The notes beneath the pieces are model-generated. The model made no database searches. It saw only the letters and a list, made by a program, of their open reading frames with translations, and was not told where the DNA came from. A DNA stretch of 64,000 nt from Azolla caroliniana. Its lineage: Eukaryota; Plantae; Polypodiophyta. The position numbers and the translations under genes were made by a program. Location of the stretch: positions 4,030,001-4,094,000 of the forward strand of contig JBHGNT010000009.1 of assembly GCA_043228905.1 (NCBI GenBank), in the 5' to 3' direction. Below are positions 12,501 to 25,100 of this stretch, piece by piece; position 1 is the first letter of the stretch, and each line of letters opens with the position of its first letter.

Positions 12501-14689
12501 TTCAACATCGATGTCTATGGGTTTTAGACATGTAGACATTGATGTTGTAGAACAATGATAAAGTTGTGAAAGTCTTGAAAGCGAATCTCTATATTTCATC
12601 ATTTAGCATGGAAATAGCAAGAAACCCAGGTAAATTTTCAAACAAAAAACAAAAAACAAAATATAGAGAGGCATTCCTAATTACAATTATATAGTATAAC
12701 TTATTTGTAATCCATATAAAAGCCTTGAAAATAGTAAGGATAGAGGTGTTTGGATTTATCAATGATCCAAGAAGGAAAATGGAAATATTAAATGCATTGG
12801 ATTTTATTGTTATTATTGTTGCATTGTTAATTATATGCATGTCAAACCCAACTACCAATATATTTCTTCCCTCGGTGCAATTAGATAGTTCATAGAGTTT
12901 ATTACTACCTTTTTAAAATAGCTTTATTGTACAAAACATGCCATAGAATTACAAGATATGAGAGTTAATTTGGGTAACTTTAGGATTTTAATCATTTGGT
13001 TATGGTAAATTAATAATCCAACATTATCATAGTGAATATTGAAATCATATCCAAACAAAAAAACCTTAATCAAAGAACTTCAGATAATTATTGATTTGTA
13101 ATGCAATAAAAGAATACTTACAAACCTTGGTACACTGCTTCCATAACATGTGTAAAGTTTTCATAAAGGGAACTTTAATGGTAGAGAGGTCTCCATAGCA
13201 CCTTGTACATCATATAGTCGATCTATAATTAAAAGCATCCATAATGTTTTCATCCATCATTTTCCTCACGATAAATACAAACAATGTGTTCTTGACTTTT
13301 GTAATGCCAATACTTCAATAACATTGTACGACTCTTGAGTTACTTTTAGGTTAATTCTGTTAGAGTATATCGAATTGATGTAATCTTTATATCATGGTAC
13401 CCGAGTCTAGTGTAGCATGTGTTTGTGTTGTTATGGCACTTATATTCATACCCACGGAAAGTTGTATAGTGTCTTGTCCTACATTTTCATTTACTGTACA
13501 TAATAAAATGTTAATACATGAGTACATTAATAAATTTTCATCTAAAGAAATACAAAAGTTATTTAGTGTCTTGTCCGACGTTTTGAATTACATTATATTG
13601 AATGTTAAATGCATAAGAGTACATTGGGAGTTTTTGAGAGCAGATAGCTGCCAAGATTAGGTGTATATGAGGATACTTACATCTTATCCAATATTAGGTG
13701 ACAACAAAATAGTAAAACATTCACTAATTATCAAATTTTAATGATTCAATGCTAACCTAACCACACGATGAAGAGGTAGAAAAAGTGAATATCATCATAA
13801 AGCATTCAATCATTTTCTTGGGATAGTTATATTCCATAAATTTCAAAAATTTCAAATACAAGGCAAAAGTGCATTGCAAATGCCCTTGACTTATTAATAA
13901 AACATTAATAACTTCATGGACTCAAAAATCCTTATGAATTGACTTTAATGGATATTACATGTCCATATGCAACGTGTACTATGGATTTCAAGATAGCTAC
14001 AAGGCAAACAAAGTTATTCTTGCATGTCTTGCATGTCCACATGTTCGCATATCATAGATGATGTGGATGGTGCAAGAGAAAAATATTATTTAAAGAGTAG
14101 AAGCGGGAAGTGAATATGAATTGTAAGGTTCTCATATTTATCCTTAGTGTTAAAGGGTTTGCACTAGGCTAGCCCATTGGCTTTTCTCCGGTATCTATTA
14201 TTTATAGAAATCACCCACAAAAGACCAACATGTGAGATAACAATATCAACCATGCACCTTATGTGTAAACATGCAGTCCTTCCGGGCATGTCTGTGTGTT
14301 AAAGAACACCTATGTAAACCAAATTCCCCCTTCTTTATTAACTTTGAAATAAATCACCATTTCTTCATACAAGTTATTATTCATGGTTTATTGTCCATCT
14401 CTATCTCTCTCTTCTCTCATACAATATAATACATAACACATAGCACATATCATATCTAAATCTATTGTGCTCATACAAATATAACACATACAATATAATA
14501 CATAACATATATCATTTATCATATCTAAATCTATTGTGGTGTGTATATACACTTGACCCTCAAGAGAACTATATCCTTTGTTTCTTCACACAATACATTG
14601 TCATGAATTTATGAAATTCGTCAACGTTTAAATGTATGTGTTTACATCTACACACTTATATGTCTAGGCATCTACAACAATTGTAGATA

Positions 14690-15650
14690 TAGGAACCATC
14701 CATCTCCCACTTTATGAGCACATGTCGTGATCCTCAAACCATGGCTCTCGAATTACTCATTGATGTTAATTTGTGAAGAATGGTGAGTGATCCAATCATC
14801 AACCTCTTATCAACAATTAGTGATTCGTCAATCCACATCAGCCCTTCAAAGTGTTTGAAGTGATTAATCAAGAGAACCATTGTAATTGAATCCACGATAT
14901 TGTCCAACATGTGCATGATCAATAGCATAATTTGGTTCATCTCTACATAATCATATATGAAGTGATCGCACATTTTAATGTGCTTCATCTTGGCATTAAA
15001 GACCAAATTCCATGCAAACTCTAGGTGGCATTGTAGAAAGTTAGAATTTAGCAAACCATCCGCATGTCAGTCACCCAACCATAAATCCATATTGATTTCT
15101 TGCATGCTCCTAATGTTTGCTTCCATTGTTAACATCATTATGCGATCTTGGAGTCTCGACCTCTACGACATTGCTCTTCTTGTGTACTTGAAAATGTTAC
15201 AGATTAGGGTGTGACAATAGACTCTTTGAATTCCACCAAGAGCAACCAACCTCTCATCTATTGCAACAATGGTTGACGCCCTTGACCCTATCCTTACTAT
15301 CAAGCTCTAACCCCACACCGCAAACACCTAAACCAATGAGGTCAACAAAATCCGCTTCAAACCTTTAACAAATACCCAACAAAAACATTGACGTATGAAT
15401 CATCTTTGCCTCTTGTCGCCAAGTCATATAGTTCACACTTATTAGGTCAAGAGGGGGTCACCAATAAATAGTACTATTGGATCCAATCAACCAATCGGAA
15501 AATGAGATTGTCCAATTGTAGTTGGAACCATGCAATTGGTCAACAGGTAGCAGTACCAAGGCTTTGGCAATATATCTAGTCCTTCATCAAGTTTCATGAT
15601 CCTTGTTTAGATAGACAACAACTATAGGGTTCACACTACCATCATATTCG
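14690..15650 (-). mobile_element. Decayed Copia RT/RNase H remnant
   Basis: ORF 14734-15054 contains NLVFNAKMKHIKMCDHFI (cf. [16 protein letters not shown]). PPT-like aagtgggagatgg on the minus strand near 14700. Confidence 0.55.
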
Positions 15651-15679
15651 TTTTATCCGTGTTCACACTTAGTACATTG

Positions 15680-16831
15680 CTTTGGCTTGAAGGGCTTTCT
15701 GCTCGAGACACTATTTGTTGGAATGCATTAATCACAGGGTATACTCAGCAAGGGCATGACCATGAGGCATTAAATTGTTTGAAACAAATGGAAAATTATG
15801 GTCTTTCTCCCAATGGAGTCACTTACCTTTCTATTTTGAAGGCATGTGGCAATTTAGGGGCTATAGAAAAAGGCAAGCAAATTCATGATCAAATTCAGAG
15901 CCGAAACTTCATAGACAAGGATATTGTGCTTGGTAACGCTTTAGTTGATATGTATGTTAAATGTGGAATGATGAGAAAGCCCAAAAAGCACTCGAAGACC
16001 ATTCTAATCGCGATGTCATCACATGGTTTGCAATAATTTCTGGGTATGTTCAACATGGACAAAGCCATGACGCATCCGATAGTTTCAAAAGAATGCAAAA
16101 TGAGGGTTTATCACATGATGTTGTTACGTTTATTTGCACTCTAAAGGCCTGTGGAAACATGGATGCTATAGACAAGGGCAAACTTTCATGATGAGGTCGT
16201 CAAAAGGAAATTGTTGGAGAAGAATATAGTTCTTGGCACTACTCTGGTTCATATGTATGCTAGATGTGGTATGCTTGAGAAAGCGAGAAAAGTACTAGAA
16301 GAGCTTCATCTTCGAGATGTGATTGCTTGGTCAGCCCTTATTGCTGGCTATGCTCAACAAGGACAAGGACATGAAGCCCTGAAGTGTCTCAAACACATGG
16401 AAAGTGAGGCCTGACAGCATAACATTATTATGTGTGTTGAATGCAAGTGCTCATTTTGGGCTCGTAAACAATGCCAAAATGCTTTTGCGATTATGACTAC
16501 AAAATATTGTATTTCTCCAAATTTAGAGCATCTTAATTGCATGGTTGTAGTATTTGGATGTGGGGGGCAATTTGATAAGGCTATTTCAATGATCAAAGCA
16601 ATGCCATTTTTTGAGTATTCAGCCATAGGGATTTCACTATTGGGTGCCTGTAGGAAATGGGGAAATGTGAAGCTTGGGAGATTGTCTTTTGATCAAGTCA
16701 TACAACTAGATAATAATGGTGTGGCAGGATATGTTCGCATGGCTGATATAATTGGAAGTGCTAGTATGTTAGAGGATGAAAAAAAATCGAAAACATGATC
16801 AGAATAAAACATGATTCTTGGAGAAAGCAAG
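15680..16831 (+). pseudogene. PLS-E class PPR pseudogene (frameshifted)
   Basis: Successive PPR motifs in ORFs 15659-16036, 15961-16191 and 16211-16414, then E-domain LLGACRKWGNVKLGRLSFD in 16430-16798. Several frameshifts and stops. Confidence 0.88.
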
Positions 16832-17639
16832 AATATGAACATGCCATGGATTTCTACGTCAATGAGCATACTATGGATGCCTATATTGATCATGGATGAG
16901 TTGATAGATCCGGTGGGTTTTAACAACTCATAAACATGAACATACCATTAATATCTATATCAATGAGCATGTCATGGATGCATTTACTGATGAGATTAAC
17001 ATGGATTTCTATATCGATGGTGATTGTATATAAGGGAACCGGAATCTGCAACCTATGAACATGAATATATCATGGATGTTGATGAACATGCAATGAATGC
17101 ATAGATCTAGGGGAACTTGAGTTCACAAATCAAGGATCATGAACCCAAGCTCAAGGCTTGGAGAAAGCAAGGAGTATTGAACATCAATGTACAAAAACCT
17201 ATGTGTGGTTATTGTATATACACATCAAATCGGCCATGATGAGAGTACAAGGGAATTGGTTGGTATATCCAACACAACTTTTGTATTTCTTATGATTTTA
17301 TAATACCATGGCGTATCTTTTTGTCAAAAAAAAAACAGTACATTGCTTTGGCAAAATGAGAACCACATCAGTTGCATTTAAAAGCAATAAGACAAATGGT
17401 TAGATAAGTTTTGGAGATCTAATCTTTCTTCTCTTTCAACCTTGTTCACCCTTCTTTCAATTTATCAATGCATAAACCAAAGAGTGGTTGTGATAGTGGA
17501 CATCCTTACTTAAACCCCATGTTAGGAAAGTATTGAGAGAGAGAAGGTGAACTTTTATACTATGATGTGTTCGCATATATATAATTAATAAATCAACTTG
17601 CGCTAAGAAACAAGTATTAGTAAAGCTCCATATATTATA

Positions 17640-17960
17640 TCGAATAAGTTCTTCTATTAGATAACTTGTATGTCCAATATCTAATGGGTAGTTCTCTTCT
17701 TAACTAAATGATATTGAATAGCTCAATTAAGTTAAAATTGAATATTGACGTATATTAACTATAAAGATAGTTCTTCTATGAGCTAAATGATAGTTCTTTT
17801 ATAAGCTCAATGATAGCATATAGTTGATTAATACCTCTTCTATTAGCTAATTGCTCACTAATCACTAAACGACAACAAATAACTAATTAATAGTTCTTCT
17901 ACTCATCAACTGTTAAATAATAGCTAAATGTTACCTCTTATATTAGCTAAATTAGTTAGA
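17640..17960 (+). repeat. AT-rich degenerate short tandem motif (tagttcttctattagctaaatga-like)
   Basis: About six degenerate copies visible. Confidence 0.5.
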
Positions 17961-19158
17961 GGCTTAAACAATTTCATTCAATTGTTCATGCTAGCATCCT
18001 TGCGTGCTTTCACCACAATAGAAGTGAAATATGAGGATACATGACTGAATGTTCTTAATAGCTACAGAATAGAACTTCAGAAAACTAGAAGGAATATGTT
18101 TGTGGTAATACTGTGGGAAATAAAAAATGAAAAGATATATTGATAGTGAAGAAACCAAACCCCCAAACATAACAAAACAGCGTTATGTTTATCGGTTGAA
18201 GTTTCCCAAACTAGGATGTTTAGGAACTGTGTATACTAGTAAGTACATGGCTTCATATCACTCACAAGTGTTGTTTTTCAAATTTTGTTACTGGACTAAG
18301 AAATTATTAATCTGGGTACTTATAAAAGATTTAATCACTATTCAAATGCTTAATAATCAAATCATATTATTATCTTTTCTTAATCCACTACTTCCATATG
18401 ACCCCTTACATAAGCAATTTCTTAATACTGCTTTTAACCCCCTTCATGATTCTCTTGTAAGTCCACTTGCCACGCCAACCCCCTGAATAAATCCCTAATG
18501 ACATAATAATCAATATGTTGCCTTCATCTATACTTTTAAGGATATATACAAATAAGAGGAGCATGCCTAATTCATACTTCTGAATATAAATGATTATATG
18601 CTCCAGTGGCCACTGTTAAAACGTAAAGAGCTGGCACTTGGTGAAGCAATCGATCAGGGTAACATAGTTGTCTTTGCTTTTTAACACTCTCGTCAACCTA
18701 GACATTTTAACTGTAGTGTACCAAAATCAAGAGAAAATATCCCAAGGATGTTGAAAATGCATATACATAAGAAACTCTCGAGGGCATGTAATCATCATCA
18801 ATGTTAGAAATGAAGTTTTGGTATGTACGAAAGAGTTGGTTGAGAAAACAGTAGATTAAATGGGATGTTAAAGAATACTATGATAATGTTGTTAATGACA
18901 GCAACAAATGGAGGCTATGTAATGCCAACCTCAATATCTCATCATCATCACTCCATTGATATGATTCCATTGAGCATATGACTTGCTTCATAGCATAAAT
19001 GATGAAGCATCCTATATATATACACGGGATTGCATCTGTTCTTGCAGCACCATCTCATGTCTAAAAATAATAATTTACCCCCTCAATCTTTAGGGGCAGA
19101 TGAAACCACTTGAGCTCATCACAGGGAGAAAAGTAACTTTATCTACTAATTTGTTTGA

Positions 19159-22100
19159 TTAAGAAGTTGCTTCTTTCTCAATAGGGCAGTTATCCATGGT
19201 GTTTTCCTCTACACAAGATTGTTCATCTGAAAGTGCCACAGCTACTTGTAGTTGAACATCTGTCTTCAGAAGAATATCATCTGACTCTGTAGAGAGATCT
19301 ATTACATCATCAAGTGTTGACAAAGTTCTTAATGCTTCCAGAGCTGTAGGACGATTTCGAGCGCTGGACTCGGTGCATGACTTGAACAAGTTGACAAGCA
19401 CTTTCATTATTTTAAGTTCTTCATCACATACAGTCAGCAAGTCATTGGTGCCATCATCCTCCTCACTGTCAGATTCAGATCCAGAAACTAAACCTTCCAT
19501 TGCTAATGGAAGCTGAGGTCTATGCCCCATCTGCGAACCCACAAAAAGGAGAGAACTTCATAAACATCAAGAAGATCTAATGATAGGTAGAAAATGAGTG
19601 AGCAATGCAGTAACTAACCTCGATATGAGTTTGGATCTCAGATTCTGGGACCCCAGCATAAGGAAGCTGAAGTGTCAACATCTCATAGAGCAAACAACCA
19701 AAGGACCACATGTCTACTTCCTGCAAGTGTTAATCAGAATGTCTCAAAAAGATCATTTTAACAAAACATAATTGTGCAAAGCACATCGTCATCCATTACA
19801 GCCTACATTTGAAACATCCAAACCATCACCAACAGATTCGAAACATCGACAAAAATACTACATACAAAAGTTCTGTGACTGCATAACAGACAAAAAAAGG
19901 TGTCTATGTGCTTCTCTTTTAACGGCTATGAGATTTTTGTAGTCCTACAACAATAAAAATAGCTTATGTATTTTCTTCTTCCTTCACACTATCTCACAAA
20001 GGAACTCCAGTTTGAAGGCCTTTCGAGATAGGCTTCTCAAAAGAGTAGACAGCCAGCCAGTCTTGAAAACAAAAACAACTTACTAAGCTATAAGCCTGTT
20101 GACTATAGATTGCCTGGAAAACCTCCGGTGCCATCCAACGAGGTGTACCAACACACACTTCAACTGGTGGAACACCCCGATGAGCTAAATAACAAGTATG
20201 AGCAGCTGATGAAGAAAGTGGAACCGCACTATCAAAATCACATAGCTTCACTATGGGCATACAATCTTCACAATTGCCATCCAGATCCACCAGTATATTA
20301 CTACTCTTGACATCCCTATGAACAATTCCTTTAGAATGTACATGAGAAAGGGCGTCCAGTATTGATTTTGAGACATGGAAAGCTTCCTTCATAGGCATGT
20401 ATGCCTTGCCCGCCTTTGCATACCTGGATAACAAGATCTGCATAGAGAAATAAAAATGAGGTATAAAGTTATTTTATGAGAAGTTCTAAGAACCACAACT
20501 GTGTTACCTCTAAGGAGGAGCCTTTCACATAGTCCATAAACAAGGTCAACTGAATTGCTTCGCCACAATCACTTGACATAAAGTTAAACTCATGCCCATG
20601 ATAGGAGACTATATGAGGATGTTTCCCTAAGCTACACAAAGTTCGAAGCTCACTGAGAAACCTTCCCACAACGTCCTTGTATTGCACCTCTTTTTCTTGA
20701 CCAACCAAATGCACCTAAGATCATGGGCATGGTTTCCATAACTTTTTAATGCATAAAATATTGGAGTAGATTTTGATAACTCATTGAAGTTCTCACCTTT
20801 GCAGCAACTGTGATTGTTCCCAATGAGCACTTTCGTACTACAGAACCAGATGCACCAGACCCAATCTCATCAAGAAGCAATGGCATGAGTTTCTCACTTT
20901 GAGCCACTTCTAAATTCTCATTCTCCCCAAGAGGCAAAAGAAATCGTCGAAAAGGAATATATCTAAAATCAAAGAAAATTAAGGAATTAATAGCAATCTA
21001 AAAAAAATCTGGAGTATTCAAAAACACTAGTAGAAAACATGGCATGATTGAGAGTCCTTAACAATTGAATGATATAGTAAATAAGTTCTCTATAGCAGTG
21101 TCAAGCAACAATTCTCCATATGATGACTTATTCATATACACAGAATAGACTTGGGATCTCAACTTCAGGGTGAGAAAATCTCCACTACATTCATTCCATG
21201 TAGGAGACACATATCAAGAACACATGTATACTCTGGTTCCATAGATCAAATTTGGCCTCTTTATGGACGATAAAAAATACTAATTCTAATTCCATGGTCA
21301 TTTCATCCTTAGTCTTTTACTAGCAATCGGCAATGCTTCAGTTTGAACCAAACCAAACCACAAAACCACGGCTTAATGAGTTAGCTTTTTAAGTGGTTCA
21401 GTTCGGTTTGGTTCAAGTTCAAGTTTTGTAAACGGTTCGGGGTGTCAATGGTTAGTTCATTCAGTTAGAGCCTTTATCAGCTTTATCATTTCTGGTTTAA
21501 ATGGTTTGAAATCGTGGTTTAAACGGTTTAACAGCTTAGGTTTTAGGGTGATTATTTTTTTGAACGGCCTTTTAGTTTTTAACCCTAATTCTAACATTTT
21601 AGGAAAAATCTTTACAATTTTGAAAAAAGAAATTAAAATATCGACAATTTTAAAACTAAATTTTGAAATTTGAGTTTTGACCTAACTTTGAAACCAAAAC
21701 CGAACCATGAAACCACAGTTCTAAGAATTTAAAAAGTTCTAAAACTATTTGGTTTGAATATGGATTCTTTGTAACGATTTGGTTTACACAGTTTCGTGGT
21801 TCAGTCGCTCAGGTTTTAAGTTTCAAATTTCATAAACAGTTTTGAGTTTGACACTCTCAAACAATACCAAACCATTGCCAATTGTTATCTTTTACTTGCA
21901 AAAATCTAACGCAGTCCTAGATCACTCAAGGAGAGAAAGAAAAGAGGCTAAGCTTAGGATTAACATTTTCCTCTGCAATGTAATGTGGCTCTTGCTTCAG
22001 CAATCTACAAATGGGAAGCACAGAAGTTCATCACAACGGCATCCAAGGCCCAGAACCAGACACATCAATGTTTAAGCCAAAAAAAGAGTTGATTAGATAT

Positions 22101-25100
22101 GACAAATTAGTAAGTTCCTCATAGAGGGAGACCTTATAAATGGCAGGGTAGACAAATACCACAAATCCATTTGTTTGATATTATTTAGTGATGTTGTGAA
22201 TATCGGCCAGAAAATCCAGATGGAAAGCTATTGCAATGCAATGTAAATTGAAGGTAGCAACAGATGTCATTATTGCACTTAAAAAGTTCATGCAGTTTGC
22301 TCCGTTCTCTTAAGCCACTGTTTACAAAGGAAGATAAAATGGATACTGTAACAAAAGACGTTCAAATTTAATTCTGTTCAAAACAATCTATTGACCTATT
22401 CATTGGTTGTTACTAAAACATTCATTGAACGATAGTGACTGGGGTTATTTCTATTTGCTACCTAGATATCTGAGTCAGAGTACCATAAGAATCGTGTTCT
22501 AGATAGAGCACACTATCCAGACATGTGGAAATTCATTATGACCCTGAGTTCTTATAAAGAAGTGTCTTACTCATATCTACACAGTACATCAGAAACTGTG
22601 GGATGATTTTATAGGATGCAAATAACCCATATAAAGAATGACTGGAATATTTTAACTTGAATCCCATCACCATCCTTAGCCACATAATTTGTTCGACTGC
22701 CTCAAAAAAACGTTAAAAGGAAAAACCAATCTTCATTTGCACCAAAGATGTTTCAGGAGAAAATATAAAAGATCACTCAGATATATCAAATGCAAGCAAA
22801 ATTCTGTAACTATATACATCTGATGTAATTTACAATACATAAAAATCAACATAATTCAGAAACACAGACTACTAGACATACCTGCAAAAGTACTCTGAAT
22901 CATTTTCCTCCCGGATATCAAGGGGACGGCAAGCATCTACCAGCATTCGGACTCTTGCATTTTCCTTATTAAGTACAATCACATTCCAAGCATGTGGTGC
23001 ATAATCAAGATATCCACGAACCAATTCGCAAGGTATAGATGTCCTATCACATAGATACTATTGTAAAACGCAGTTAGTCTCTTCCTCTCTGTTGTCCTCT
23101 TAATCCCTCCCTCCCTCACTCTGGTGTATGGTCTATGAGAGAGTAGATTTATCATTACTCAGTAGACATCTGTATGATGGTGTTTGGCCAAGGGAACGCT
23201 AAACATGAATGTATGGAATTGTAATGAACCTTCATTTGAAGATGCATGATACATTGAGGAGACCTTCAGAGACAGACATTGTCGTGTACATAAAAATATA
23301 TCAATGCATGGGCAGCTAACTTCTAAATATACACAGATACAAGTGGGAAAATCTATCCATCCTCAACCACACAAAAGAGGGGCACCATAGCATCCATCCT
23401 CAGAGCATTCAAGGGTTAGACCTGTAGAACCACCTTATTTGGTATTACATGAAGGTGTCATAAGATTCACAACTATACACAAAGTATACTACAAGTAGGA
23501 GAAATCAACATAATGGGAATGAATAAACAACAATCAACACACAGAATGAAATGAAAAAGCAACAATATTTTGTAGAAAGGCTATATACGGAGAAATTGCA
23601 ACAGAAGAGATAGCTGTAAATGGAGTAAAGGCACATCAAAGACAGACGACTCATGATAGTTAACAGCAACCATTTATTGCACAATAGACCCTGTACTGGG
23701 TTCTCTAACCTCAACACTTGAAGTAAGATACCATCTCTGGTAAAGTCATTGCATTGTCAAACCATGCACTTATATGTTTCAGGGTAGAAGATAGATCCTC
23801 AGAGTATTACGGCAAGAAAATGCCAAGAAATACTGGATACCACTTAAATAGAGAGATGGTTGATGACTATATATTACGGCTGTGTGGTATATACTCACAT
23901 TAAACCATACCCATCTCGTCAGGAGATCACATTTTTAATTTTTGAAGGTCAAGACAGCCTATTTTCCACTGTACCATTATCCTAGATAACAAAGCCCTAC
24001 AAACCAAGTTGCTATGATTATGAAGGTCATCGCACACGAACCCATTCATAAGAAGTGTTCTCAGAAGCATGCTCACAGCACATGCACAAATGCAATAGAG
24101 ATGGTTTCACGAATATGTATGCTTAAATCCTAGTGGTTTACATTTTTTAGTCTACCTATGATGACAAATGCAAACGATCAATTCCATCAAAGATCGCAAT
24201 GGTTTACAAAACCCTTTATTGCATGTTATATATGCATGCACTCCGCTTCTGCACATCTTTACAAAGACCGATATAATGCAGCAGTGAAAGCAGTTTTAAC
24301 CACACTCAGTAGGTCCTTACACCCCGCTTCTGCACATCTTTACAAAGATACAATACTGACCCATGCAGCCATTATTGAAGACAGTAGAGCACAAAAGAGT
24401 TTCTTTACCAAGTCCGCATTGCATTGACCATGACCTAGGTCCATTGCCTACAGAAATGCCATGGGTAATTGATGCGCCTTACTCCCAATAGGATCCCCGC
24501 TGTAGTGGTTAGTTCTATTGAGATGAAACAAGCACGCCTGCTCATGATATATCTAATGACGTAGAGAGACTGGGAGTATAGTGTACATCCCTGGCATAAA
24601 TTTTATACAAATAAGATATTATGCTAATTTCAGACTCTCCATATGGACTAGAGAGTCAGTTATTCATTTTGTGAAGAGTGATATGTTTGTCGATAAATCT
24701 AGCTTCCTCTAGGTAAAACCAGGGTCATGTTATTTACTATTCAAGGCTACTCGCCTCAAGCATGGATAAACAAATCATATCATTAATTTCTACTCGGAAA
24801 AAGAAAGAAATATATATGAACTTCACTAATGGGCCAAAATAACCTGTCAGACCAAACGAGAATATACAGCTTAAAATGTACCCTCTTCTAAAATACCTAG
24901 TTGATTGTCAGAAATAGAGCCGATAAAGGAGTAGCTTGAAGGCAGAGTGGAATGATACAGAAGGAGCATCAAGGAGGCTACATTAGGTTAGCAATTGATA
25001 AATTGAGAAGATTATTTGTGATTTTCAGAACCTTGAATGGCAAGATATATTTCATGATTCCGAGAATACGTTTCGAAGATTTTGGCGGTCCAAATAAATC

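Noticed and set aside
24243-24347. 25-bp direct repeat at 80-bp spacing in a kinase intron
   Set aside because: Only two copies; a local duplication, not a CRISPR array or an exon
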